Source: an uncultured Bacillota bacterium
Lineage (GTDB): Bacteria > Bacillota > Sulfobacillia > JAMDAP01
Reading direction: 5' to 3'
Length of the DNA: 52,230 nt
NCBI GenBank assembly: GCA_937868875.1
Contig: CALMNP010000028.1
Coordinates: forward strand, 1 to 52,230
The position numbers were made by a program, and so were the translations under genes. The notes below the pieces were generated by a model that had not been told where the DNA came from, ran no database searches, and saw only the letters and a list, made by a program, of their open reading frames with translations. Of this stretch, positions 18,707 through 27,168 are shown piece by piece. The stretch's first letter is position 1; each line of letters opens with the position of its first letter.

Positions 18707-18902
18707 CCTGTTTGTTGGGCGTTGACTGCACGATTTCACGGACGCTCTTTTCGAACTTGGGCCGGGGAATCATGACGCGATGCCCACAGCCCAGGCATTT
18801 GAGGCCGAAGTCAATACCGGTTCGGGTGATTTCCCAGCGGTCGGAGCCACACGGGTGGGCTTTCTTGAGTCGCACCACATCGCCCAGATGAAAGCGGTCC
18901 AT
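18687..18902 (-). CDS. DUF951-family small protein
   Basis: FHLGDVVRLKKAHPCGSDRWEITRTGIDFGLKCLGCGHRVMIPRPKFEK matches the DUF951 pattern (HPCG...CxGC). SD GGGAGGAA. Confidence 0.85.
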   Translation of the reverse strand: MDRFHLGDVVRLKKAHPCGSDRWEITRTGIDFGLKCLGCGHRVMIPRPKFEKSVREIVQSTPNKQVAPPEL

Positions 18903-18923
18903 AGGCTTCCTCCCGCGACCCTA

Positions 18924-19859
18924 CTAGAGGTTGCCGATCTCGGATTCGGGGCTGCCGGCAGCACGAGGGGTCGGAGTACCCGGGTCGCCGGGAGCTTCAG
19001 GCCGCCCCCGGCCCTGCAAGAATACCTGTCGCGGATAGGGAATCTCGATGCTCTCCCGCTCAAAGGCCTCCAGGATCCGATGCCGCAAGGCCCGCTCCAC
19101 CCCCCACTGCTCCATGGGGCGGGTTTGAGCCAGGATGCGGATGTCCATGGCGCTGGGGCCGAGGTTGACCACGCCCAGAACCTCTGGGTCGGCCACGATG
19201 ACCTCTTTGAACTCCTGAGCGACGTCCGCGGCCACGCGCCGCAGCACCTCGAGGACGCGAGGCAGGCTTTCCTCGTAGGCCACGCCGACGTCCACCAGGG
19301 CTCGCATTTGACCCCGGGACATGTTGGTGACGGCTTCGATCCTGCCGTTGGGCACCACGTGCACGGCGCCGGAGAAGTCACGCAGGCGGGTGATGCGGAG
19401 TCCGAGGTCCTCAACCACGCCCGTGTAGGAGCCGGTCGTGATGTAGTCGCCCACGGCAAACTGGTCCTCGTACAAAATGAAGAATCCGCTGATAATATCC
19501 CTCACCAAGCTCTGGGCGCCGAAGCCCACGGCCAGCCCCACCACGCCGGCCGACGCCAGTATGGGCTGGAGTGTCTCGGGGGGCAGAAAGATGCTGAGCA
19601 GGCTGAGGACGGCCACAACGTCCACAAAGTATCGCAGGATGCTGCGCGTGAGCGGCGCCAGGGTGCGGCTGCGTCGGTCGTCTATGACCAGGAGGTTGCC
19701 GTGGCGAGCCTGTGTCAGGGCCCGTTCCGCCAGGCGGACGCCGTAGACCAGGAGCAGTCGCGCCAGAAGAACAATCAGGACGGCCTTCAGCAGACGCCCG
19801 CCCCAGACGGTCCAGAGCGCGGGGTCGAGCAGATACCTCTGCAGGTAAGTTGTGTCCAT
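18924..19859 (-). CDS. MscS-family mechanosensitive channel
   Basis: Three TM helices, then the conserved GFGAQSLVRDIISGFFILYEDQFAVGDYI pore/beta-domain signature. Confidence 0.85.
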   Translation of the reverse strand: MDTTYLQRYLLDPALWTVWGGRLLKAVLIVLLARLLLVYGVRLAERALTQARHGNLLVIDDRRSRTLAPLTRSILRYFVDVVAVLSLLSIFLPPETLQPILASAGVVGLAVGFGAQSLVRDIISGFFILYEDQFAVGDYITTGSYTGVVEDLGLRITRLRDFSGAVHVVPNGRIEAVTNMSRGQMRALVDVGVAYEESLPRVLEVLRRVAADVAQEFKEVIVADPEVLGVVNLGPSAMDIRILAQTRPMEQWGVERALRHRILEAFERESIEIPYPRQVFLQGRGRPEAPGDPGTPTPRAAGSPESEIGNL

Positions 19860-19866
19860 AATGCCG

Positions 19867-20574
19867 CTACAGTACCCCCCAGGGCGACCAGCGGTGGAAC
19901 CAGGCCTCCAGATAGGGCAGCAGCTGGGAGGCGGTCAAAAACTGCTGAAGGGCCGGCCAGTGGAGAAGGTTCAGGACAGGCGCCAGGAGGCCGGCCATAA
20001 TCACCAGGACCACCAGTGACTCGGCACCTCCGAGCAGGGCGCCCGCCAGGTGGTTGAAAGCACTAAGGGGCGTTCCCTCCAGGGACCGCGTGACCTGCCA
20101 GGCAAGGCCGTTGGCCAGTCCCGTGATTACCGCCATGATAACAAAGAAGCTGATGGCTGTCCAAACGAGCGTGGCCAGACTATAGTACACCAGGTCGCCC
20201 ACGGTCTGCAGGTGCAGGAATTCGGCCCGCATCAGCGCCGAGTGGGCCGCCTGCGCCAGGGCGCGTTGAAGGGCGGCGGGAAAGGGCAGGCCGGCGGCCA
20301 GGCTGGGCACCGCCTCAGGCTGCACCGTGGACAGGGGCTGCGCGGCCAGGGCCGCCGGCAGGGGCACGCGGCCCGCCAGGTAGTGCGCCGTGGAGGCCAC
20401 CCACCCCATAGCCGCGTCGAGCCACTGGGTGGCGGCCGGCGCGAAGCGCGCCGCCAGGTACCAGGAGAGGAGCAGACCCGTCAGCCCCACCACGATCGAG
20501 AACAGGCCGCGGCGCCATCCTTTCAGGGCCCCCCAGGCCACCAGGATAACAATGATGTAGTCAAGGACGGTCAG
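19867..20574 (-). CDS. cvpA: CvpA-family membrane protein, apparent CTG start
   Basis: Reading from CTG at 20574 gives LTVLDYIIVILVAWGALKGWRRGLF, the conserved CvpA N-terminal helix (xxDxxIxxxxxxxxxxGxxRG). An in-frame TGA lies 3 codons upstream. SD GGAGGTGA (20588..20581) is 6 nt upstream of the CTG. The track GTG at 20541 would remove half of TM1. Confidence 0.7.
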   Translation of the reverse strand: MTVLDYIIVILVAWGALKGWRRGLFSIVVGLTGLLLSWYLAARFAPAATQWLDAAMGWVASTAHYLAGRVPLPAALAAQPLSTVQPEAVPSLAAGLPFPAALQRALAQAAHSALMRAEFLHLQTVGDLVYYSLATLVWTAISFFVIMAVITGLANGLAWQVTRSLEGTPLSAFNHLAGALLGGAESLVVLVIMAGLLAPVLNLLHWPALQQFLTASQLLPYLEAWFHRWSPWGVL

Positions 20575-20792
20575 CGTCCGTCACCTCCGCCGGAAATGCC
20601 GGGGTCCACCAGTTTCCATCGCCTCGGTCTTTCGATAACGCCCGCCCACCCACCTCCCGGAGACAGGCACAGCCTCCGGGACGGCCGCCCGGGTCGCGCT
20701 CCCAGAAGGTGAAGCCGGCCGGGCCGCGCTGCATAGGCTGGGGCAGATGCCCATATACTCATAGCGTTCTGCTGGTGTGGGAGGTCGGGTCT

Positions 20793-21416
20793 ATGCAGTC
20801 TGGGCGCCGTAGGTCCTGGTTTTCTTCGCCGCTGCCCCGCGAGCAGAAGTTCGACTCCAGCGCTTCCGGTTGCGCCGGCCGCCTGGCCACAGCCGTGGTA
20901 GATTACAGTTGCGCCCTGGAGGCTGAAACGGACCCTGTCGTCGTCCTCTGCATCGGCACCGACCGTTCCACCGGCGACTCCCTCGGGCCGCTGGTGGGGA
21001 CCTTTCTCTCAGAGCGCGCCGGGCTTTCCGCCCAGGTGTTCGGGACCCTTGATAACCCTGTACACGCCGCCAACCTTCAGGAAGTCGTCGATTGGCTCAG
21101 GGTCAAGTACGAGCACCCCCTGATCGTGGCGGTGGATGCCTGCCTCGGCCGTCTGGATTCCGTCGGCACCGTGACCGTTGGAGAGGGCCCCCTCCGCCCC
21201 GGCGCCGGCGTCAACAAGAGCCTCCCCGCCGTGGGCAACGTTCACGTGACGGGCGTTGTCAACGTCGGCGGGTTCATGGAGTACTTTGTGCTCCAGAACA
21301 CGCGCCTGAACCTGGTCATGAAGATGGCCAGGGTCATCTCCTCCGGCATCGTCGAGGCCGTCGGGCGGCTGGACCAGATGCGGGGCAGTGCCCCTGTTGA
21401 GTCGTTTCAGGTGTGA
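20793..21416 (+). CDS. yyaC: Spore protease YyaC family
   Basis: LCIGTDRSTGDSLGPLVGTFL...LIVAVDACLG...VGEGPLRPGAGVNKSLPAVG...TGVVNVGGFMEYFVLQNTRL is the YyaC signature. ATG at 20793 with SD GGGAGGT 7 nt upstream. Confidence 0.8.
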   Translation: MQSGRRRSWFSSPLPREQKFDSSASGCAGRLATAVVDYSCALEAETDPVVVLCIGTDRSTGDSLGPLVGTFLSERAGLSAQVFGTLDNPVHAANLQEVVDWLRVKYEHPLIVAVDACLGRLDSVGTVTVGEGPLRPGAGVNKSLPAVGNVHVTGVVNVGGFMEYFVLQNTRLNLVMKMARVISSGIVEAVGRLDQMRGSAPVESFQV

Positions 21417-21441
21417 ACCAGATATGGGCTTGTGCGACCCG

Positions 21442-22311
21442 CTACGCCGCCACTTCCAGGGCCCCGGGCAGGATCTCGATGGTCACGGGCAGAGTCCCGG
21501 CCACTTCACCGTCCAGATGGACCGCCAGCGGGTAGTCAGAGGTGACGGTCAGCCTCTGGCCGCGGGTCTCCTGCACTTTGGGCAGGCGGAGGTGGTTGCC
21601 GGAGTAGATCCGTGGCACCGCGGCCAGCAGTTCCGGCAGGCTGAGGTTGCCCGCAGTGATGATGTCGAAGAGGCCATCCGTCAGGCTGGCGTGGGGGGCG
21701 ATCCGCATGCCCCCGCCGTAGTACTGGCCGTTGCCCACGGCCAGTAAAGTAATGGTCGCCTGTGTGATGTGTCCGTCGATGTCCACGGTGACCGGTCGCG
21801 GCCGGAAACGGGCCAGAACCTTGGCCACGCCCACCAGGTACGGGATTGTGCCCCCGAAGTACTTGGGAATGGCGTTTGTTTCGCGGCAAACCTCGGCGTC
21901 AAACCCAATGCCGGCGGAGTTGAGAAAGTAACGGTCCCAGGCCCGCCCCACATCCACCTTGATGGTGTGAGCCCCTAGCGCTACGGCCAGCGCAGCCTCC
22001 GGGTCGGTGGGAATGCGCATCGGCTTGCAGAAGTCGTTGCCGGTCCCGGCCGGCACAACCCCAAACGAGGCCCGGGTCCCCACCAGGCCGTTGACTGCCT
22101 CGTAGAGCGTTCCGTCGCCGCCCAGAGCGATGACGCGGTCCGCTCCCGCAGCCGCGGCCTCCGCCGCCAGCCGGATGGCGTCGCCGGCCTGGCGCGTATC
22201 AAACACCTCAATAGTGTGCTCGGAAGCCGCAGCCATTGGCCTTAGCTGCTCCCAGGTCTTGCGGCCGCGTCCACGGCCGGCGGCGGGATTGACGATGACG
22301 GCTACGTTCAT
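21442..22311 (-). CDS. Diacylglycerol/lipid kinase family protein (YegS/BmrU/DagK type)
   Basis: VIVNPAAGRGRG...VIALGGDGTLYEAVNGL...GVVPAGTGNDF. SD GGAGG. Confidence 0.85.
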   Translation of the reverse strand: MNVAVIVNPAAGRGRGRKTWEQLRPMAAASEHTIEVFDTRQAGDAIRLAAEAAAAGADRVIALGGDGTLYEAVNGLVGTRASFGVVPAGTGNDFCKPMRIPTDPEAALAVALGAHTIKVDVGRAWDRYFLNSAGIGFDAEVCRETNAIPKYFGGTIPYLVGVAKVLARFRPRPVTVDIDGHITQATITLLAVGNGQYYGGGMRIAPHASLTDGLFDIITAGNLSLPELLAAVPRIYSGNHLRLPKVQETRGQRLTVTSDYPLAVHLDGEVAGTLPVTIEILPGALEVAA

Positions 22312-22357
22312 GTTCCGCCTCCGCTGTCTGAGATGGTTCCTAACCGCCGCTTCCTAG

Positions 22358-22384
22358 CAGAAAAAGCCCGGCGTGGCCGGGCTT
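22358..22384 (-). terminator. Rho-independent terminator after the bactofilin gene (symmetric, could act both ways)
   Basis: On the minus strand, AGCCCGGC-cac-GCCGGGCU followed by UUUUCUGC. Confidence 0.7.
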
Positions 22385-22399
22385 TCTTTATCGCTGTGA

Positions 22400-22813
22400 T
22401 CAGGCCGGTTTGGCGTTGGGCTTCGCCTGCATGCTCTCCTGGGGCTGGGGCGCTGCGGCGGAGTTGCGCATTACACTGACGCCCTGGAACACCGCGCCCT
22501 CGGAGATCACCAGATGACCGACCTTGATGTCGCCGTAGAGACGACCGCTGGGCACGATCTCCAAGCGGCCCTCGCAATCGACGTTGCCTTTGATCTGCCC
22601 GGCCACGGTGATCTGCTTGGCCTTGACATTGGCCACCACCACCGCATTCTCGCCGATGACGAGCTCACCGCTGTGGCTGATTTCGCCTTCCAGTTTGCCA
22701 TCCACGCGCACCACGCCGCTGGAAATAAGGGTGCCGCGAAACTCAGTGCCCCGCCCGAGAATGGTCTCTACGCGCTCCAGCAATGCGCTTTCCGCTTCCT
22801 TTCGGCCGAACAC
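22400..22813 (-). CDS. Bactofilin (polymer-forming cytoskeletal protein, DUF583)
   Basis: Repetitive beta-helix pattern: TEFRGTLISSGVVRVDGKLEGEISHSGELVIGENAVVVANVKAKQITVAGQIKGNVDCEGRLEIVPSGRLYGDIKVGHLVISEGAVFQG. GTG start with SD GGAGGA 6 nt upstream. Confidence 0.85.
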   Translation of the reverse strand: MFGRKEAESALLERVETILGRGTEFRGTLISSGVVRVDGKLEGEISHSGELVIGENAVVVANVKAKQITVAGQIKGNVDCEGRLEIVPSGRLYGDIKVGHLVISEGAVFQGVSVMRNSAAAPQPQESMQAKPNAKPA

Positions 22814-22857
22814 GGCGGTTCCTCCTCATGGTCCATCCAAATTGCCTGAGAGATGAC

Positions 22858-23898
22858 CTAGTCCGTCAGATACGCACGTGGGTTGACCAACTGGCCGTTG
22901 ACATGGACTTCATAGTGCACGTGGGGGCCTGTGGTCCGGCCGGTCATGCCCACATAGGCGACGACCTGGCCCTTTTTGACGTGGTCGCCCACCTCGACGG
23001 CCAGACGTGAATTGTGCCCGTACATGGTGACAAACCCGTAGCCGTGGTTGATGGTTACCTTCTTGCCGTACCCCCCATCCCAGCCGGCCTCGATAACGAC
23101 CCCGTCACCGGTGGCGTAGACCGCCGTGCCGTACGGCGCCGCAATATCAACCCCCGGATGGAACTCGGAGCCCCAACCGTATGGATTACGGCGGTATCCA
23201 AAGCTGGAGGTGACGTCTCCGTAGGCGGGCCAGATCGACGGTTTGGCAGCCAGGTATCGGAGCTTTTCGGCAACGTCGTTATGCAATTGTTCCAGACTGG
23301 CCTGCCTGGTCTCGATTTCCGTCTTTGCCTGCTCCAGCGTGGCCAGCATCTGAGCCGATATGTCGAGGTCACCCCGGCTGGCCTGGGCCTGTGAGTCCGC
23401 TGACCCGAGAGCCGCGATCAGCCCGGAAGTCTCGGCGCTGCCGGCGGGAAGCCCGGGACCGCCGATGGATGCAATACGGGCGGCGTCCCGGAGCGTCGGC
23501 CGGTAGTTCGGCTCCTCAGAGCCAGGGACCAGACCGACGGACTTGGTATCCTGCGAGTTGCTGTTGGCCGGCCTGGGTGCCAGCTTCATCATCTCGCGGA
23601 CCTGCTTGTCCAGCTCTTCCAGCTTGCGCAGGCTCTCCTGAACGGCCTCCGTCTCTTTCGAAAGGGAATCCAACTGCTCACGCTGCTCTGAGGTCAACTG
23701 GCGGAGCTGTCGGAGCTCACCCATATTCGCGGCCATCTTTTGATAGGAGTTGGTGAAAATGAGCAAGGCCAACCCAACCAGGCCGAGCACGGTCAGTCCC
23801 GCTTCCAGGTATGCCAAAGGCAGGCGGAAGCTGCGGACGGACCTCTCGGAATGGGGGATGACCATGATCGTGAAGAATCGCTTGCGGTCTTTCACCAA
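22858..23898 (-). CDS. Bitopic M23 metallopeptidase with cytoplasmic N-terminal peptide, TM helix and long coiled coil (EnvC/LmdC-like architecture)
   Basis: N-terminus MVKDRKRFFTIMVIPHSERSVRSFRLP. TM helix GLTVLGLVGLALLIF. Coiled coil ELRQLRQLTSEQREQLDSLSKETEAVQESLRKLEELDKQ. M23 motifs HPGVD and GPHVHYEV. Confidence 0.85.
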   Translation of the reverse strand: MVKDRKRFFTIMVIPHSERSVRSFRLPLAYLEAGLTVLGLVGLALLIFTNSYQKMAANMGELRQLRQLTSEQREQLDSLSKETEAVQESLRKLEELDKQVREMMKLAPRPANSNSQDTKSVGLVPGSEEPNYRPTLRDAARIASIGGPGLPAGSAETSGLIAALGSADSQAQASRGDLDISAQMLATLEQAKTEIETRQASLEQLHNDVAEKLRYLAAKPSIWPAYGDVTSSFGYRRNPYGWGSEFHPGVDIAAPYGTAVYATGDGVVIEAGWDGGYGKKVTINHGYGFVTMYGHNSRLAVEVGDHVKKGQVVAYVGMTGRTTGPHVHYEVHVNGQLVNPRAYLTD

Positions 23899-24027
23899 CT
23901 ATATCACCGTTTCGCCTAACCTTAGGGCTTGTCCATCCGTCGCGTCTTTGGTGTTCTCACACCGGGACAGCGATAGCTTTGGAGATATTCGCCAAAAACC
24001 CCAATATCCCTTCACAGGCCGGAAAAC

Positions 24028-24591
24028 TCACTGCCTGGTTGCCGCGGCCAGGCGGCTTCCCGTTTCGGCGGTGGCCTTGGCCAGAGCTTGCTTCTCCTCA
24101 TCGGTCAGAAAGTAGGACGACTGTCCGGCCACGACCGGCTTGGCGTAGACCCGGGACTCTTCCCGTCCGTAGAGACTGGAGATGATGACGCCGTTCTGCT
24201 CTTGGTCCAGAAGGGCAACTGCGAAGCTCAGGTCGCTGCCGGTGTCCGCGAAGGCATTGAACCGAACCACACCTACATGTTGGACGTGCCTCCGACCGTC
24301 CGCCTCCAATGCCGAGCAGCGAACGTCCAACTGCCGAACGCGGTTGGTGGCCTCTTCAACGCGCCGAGCCTGGTCGCGCAGGAGGGCTTCCAGATCCAGG
24401 GCGCCGGAGCCGCGCCAGATGGCGTTGAAACGGCGGCGGAGAGACGCGAACTGTGCAACCTGAATGAGGACAATGATGCCAAGGACTCCCACCAATACGA
24501 AAAGGCCTAGCAACCAGGGCGTTGGGTCCTGGTTGATATAGGCGAACCACGCAAACACAGGTAAAACGTCTCCCTCCGCAGCTACGGGCAA
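24028..24591 (-). CDS. DUF4446-family membrane protein (parB-linked in Bacillota)
   Basis: One TM helix, then VGVVRFNAFADTGSDLSFAVALLDQEQNGVIISSLYGREESRVYAKPV, typical of DUF4446. The start codon is uncertain (track TTG at 24591). Confidence 0.75.
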   Translation of the reverse strand: MPVAAEGDVLPVFAWFAYINQDPTPWLLGLFVLVGVLGIIVLIQVAQFASLRRRFNAIWRGSGALDLEALLRDQARRVEEATNRVRQLDVRCSALEADGRRHVQHVGVVRFNAFADTGSDLSFAVALLDQEQNGVIISSLYGREESRVYAKPVVAGQSSYFLTDEEKQALAKATAETGSRLAAATRQ

Positions 24592-24654
24592 GCTCCGCTC
24601 GCCCGCTGCACATTCTCTCTGATATTCGGGGGCAGGTGCCGCCGCCTTCCCCTG

Positions 24655-24685
24655 TGTTCCACGTGGAACCGTTCCACGTGGAACG
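24655..24685. promoter_or_regulatory. parS: Two abutting parS centromere sites
   Basis: TGTTCCACGTGGAACC (24655..24670) and CGTTCCACGTGGAACG (24670..24685). Each holds the perfect 14-bp palindrome GTTCCACGTGGAAC, compared with the consensus TGTTNCACGTGAAACA. They lie 3 nt downstream of the parB stop. Confidence 0.85.
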
Positions 24686-24687
24686 GA

Positions 24688-25533
24688 TCAGGCCAGGAGT
24701 AGGTCAAGCAGGCGCTTCAGGTCGTCCTGCCCGAAGTAACTAATCTCTACGCGTCCCTTGTTTTCGCCGCTCACGATTCGAACAACAGTGCCAAATCGCT
24801 CCCCCAGTTCCGCCTCCAGCGACGAAACGGAAGGGTCCTTGCTGGCCTTGCGCCCACCCTTGCTCGGCCTGGGAGCAGCATCTTCCTTCTTCAGCAGAAC
24901 TTCGGTCTCCCTAACCGACAGTCCCTTCTCCTCAATCGCCCGAGCCAGCGCCTCCTGACGTTTGCCTTCGCTGACGGAGAGCAGCACCTTGGCGTGCCCC
25001 ATGGAGACTTTCCCCTGAGCCACGCTCTGGCGCACGCCGCTCGTGAGATGCAGCAGGCGCAGTGTGTTGGCTACCTGGGATCGGCTCTTCCCCAACCGCT
25101 TCGCCAGGTCTTCCTGCGTCAATCCAAACTCTCGGATGAGCTTTTCGTAGGCCTCTGCCTCTTCGATCGGATTGAGGTCCTCGCGCTGCAGGTTCTCAAT
25201 TAGCGCGATCTCCATAACCTGACGCTCGGTGAACTCCTTCACCACGGCCGGCATCGTCTTCAGCCCGGCCATTCGCGAGGCGCGCCAGCGGCGCTCACCG
25301 GCCACAATCTCAAAGCCCTCGCCCTTCGACCGGACGACAATGGGCTGCACCACACCGTGTTCCTTGATGGACGCGGCCAGTTCCTCCAGCTTTTCCTGGT
25401 CAAACTGCTTTCGGGGCTGAAACGGGTTGGGCTTCATCAGAGCCGTATCAATCTCCCTGATGCCGTCCTCCGGCCCGACCTCAACCTCAGGAAGAAGCGC
25501 CTGCAGCCCTTTCCCTAGCCCTCTCTTCTGCAC
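24688..25533 (-). CDS. parB: Chromosome partitioning protein ParB/Spo0J
   Basis: KRGLGKGLQALLP N-terminus. GERRWRASRMAG arginine patch. HTH LTQEDLAKRLGKSRSQVANTLRLL. GTG at 25533 with SD AAGGAGGTG 7 nt upstream. It overlaps the parA 3' end by 47 nt. Confidence 0.9.
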   Translation of the reverse strand: MQKRGLGKGLQALLPEVEVGPEDGIREIDTALMKPNPFQPRKQFDQEKLEELAASIKEHGVVQPIVVRSKGEGFEIVAGERRWRASRMAGLKTMPAVVKEFTERQVMEIALIENLQREDLNPIEEAEAYEKLIREFGLTQEDLAKRLGKSRSQVANTLRLLHLTSGVRQSVAQGKVSMGHAKVLLSVSEGKRQEALARAIEEKGLSVRETEVLLKKEDAAPRPSKGGRKASKDPSVSSLEAELGERFGTVVRIVSGENKGRVEISYFGQDDLKRLLDLLLA

Positions 25534-26287
25534 GCTCCACCACCTCCTTCGCCAACTCGTAATACAGTTCGGCGCCCTTTGACTTGGGGTCGTAGGTGAG
25601 AATCGGCTTGCCGTGACTTGGCGCCTCCGACAGCCGAACATTGCGGGTGATGACGCTGCTGTAGACCTTGCCCTTGAAGAACCGCTTGACCTCCTCCACC
25701 ACCTGGATGGACAGGTTGGTGCGGCCGTCGAACATGGTGAGCACCACGCCCTCGATCTCCAGCTGGGGGTTCAGGTTGGCCTGCACCAGCCTGAAGGTGT
25801 TCATCAGCTGGCTCAGCCCTTCCAGCGCGTAGTACTCACACTGGATGGGGATGAGAAGCGAGTCGGCCGCGGTCAGTGCGTTAACCGTCAACAGCCCCAG
25901 TGACGGCGGGCAGTCCACCAGCACGAAATCATACTGCTCCCGCACGGGCTCCAGGGCCTTCTTCAGCTTGTTCTCGCGGGACATCTGCGGCACCAACTCA
26001 ATCTCCGCACCAGCCAGATCTATGGTGGCCGCAATGATTTCCAGCCGCGGCAGCGACGTTCGCATAATCACGGACTCCGCCGTCACATCGTTGATCAGTG
26101 CGTCGTAGATGGAACCGGACACACGCTTCTTGTCGACGCCCAGTCCGCTGGTGGTGTTCCCCTGCGGATCGATGTCGATGACCAGGACCCGCTTCCCCAT
26201 GTCGGCCAGGCAAGCGGAAAGGTTCACGGCGGTGGTGGTCTTCCCCACACCGCCCTTCTGATTGGCAATGGCCAGGACGCGCCCCAT
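25487..26287 (-). CDS. parA: Chromosome partitioning ATPase ParA/Soj
   Basis: Deviant Walker A AIANQKGGVGKTTT. VLVIDIDPQGN. FVLVDCPPSLG. Confidence 0.95.
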   Translation of the reverse strand: MGRVLAIANQKGGVGKTTTAVNLSACLADMGKRVLVIDIDPQGNTTSGLGVDKKRVSGSIYDALINDVTAESVIMRTSLPRLEIIAATIDLAGAEIELVPQMSRENKLKKALEPVREQYDFVLVDCPPSLGLLTVNALTAADSLLIPIQCEYYALEGLSQLMNTFRLVQANLNPQLEIEGVVLTMFDGRTNLSIQVVEEVKRFFKGKVYSSVITRNVRLSEAPSHGKPILTYDPKSKGAELYYELAKEVVERAEERARERAAGASS

Positions 26288-26442
26288 GCGTGTTCAGCTC
26301 CCGTTCCTCTATCCCCAAACTACAGACGTATAGATTCGCTCCCGTGGAGCAACCCTCCTCCCCTTCCAGAGGATTGCATTCCTGTCAAAAATGGAAAAGG
26401 CCCCGCCCCCAGGCGGAGCCGACAAAATCCCTCTTCCGGTCG

Positions 26443-27168
26443 TTAGAGCGGGCGCCGTTCCGGCGTTCCCGCCCGCCGTGGGTACTCCTTCGGCGTGGCC
26501 CGCAGCTTTTCCACCCGTATGATGGCGCGCCCTTCCTCTGTGCCGGGGAGACTGAAAGCGTCGACTCCGCGGGCGTGCCCACCCAGACGTTGCAGCGCGC
26601 CCGCTGCGCTCTCCACCTCTGCCGCTGCCCCCGGGCCCTTCATCGCCAGGAAGCTGCCGCCCACGCGCACCAGGGGCAGGCAAAACTCCGCCAGTACGGA
26701 CAGATGAGCCACGGCCCGCGCCGTGGCCAGGTCGAACCGCTCCCGCCAGTCGGGGCGCCGCCCGGCGTCCTCGGCCCGAAGGTGAACAGCTTCAACGTTC
26801 TGCGCACCCAGTTCCAAGGCCACCGCCCGCAAGAACTCGACGCGCTTTCCCAGCGCGTCCACCAGAACGACGCGCCACCCGGGCCTCGCCAGAGCCACCG
26901 GCAGGCCGGGAAACCCGGCGCCGGAGCCGACATCCACCAGAGACACGGCCTCCCCCTGGCTTTCCGGGACGCGCAGCAGCGACAGCGAATCGACGAAGTG
27001 CTTCCTGGCGACTTCAGCCGGCTCGGTGATGGCCGTGAGGTTGAACCTGTTGTTCCACTCCCTCAGCATCTCACCGTACCGAACCAGACGCACCACGGCG
27101 TCACCTGATATGGAAATGCCAAGAGCGCCGGCCCCTTCCACCACAATCCGCTCCACTTCACTGTCCAT
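26443..27168 (-). CDS. rsmG: 16S rRNA (guanine527-N7)-methyltransferase
   Basis: [10 protein letters not shown] and the SAM motif [18 protein letters not shown] at 27168 with SD GGAGG 9 nt upstream. It overlaps the mnmG end by 11 nt. Confidence 0.9.
   Translation of the reverse strand: MDSEVERIVVEGAGALGISISGDAVVRLVRYGEMLREWNNRFNLTAITEPAEVARKHFVDSLSLLRVPESQGEAVSLVDVGSGAGFPGLPVALARPGWRVVLVDALGKRVEFLRAVALELGAQNVEAVHLRAEDAGRRPDWRERFDLATARAVAHLSVLAEFCLPLVRVGGSFLAMKGPGAAAEVESAAGALQRLGGHARGVDAFSLPGTEEGRAIIRVEKLRATPKEYPRRAGTPERRPL

Noticed and set aside
20730-20770. Forespore-type (sigma-G/F-like) promoter GCATAG-N15-CATATACT upstream of yyaC
   Set aside because: The spacing is one to three nt off the consensus as I remember it, and the match is short. 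I cannot support it from sequence alone.
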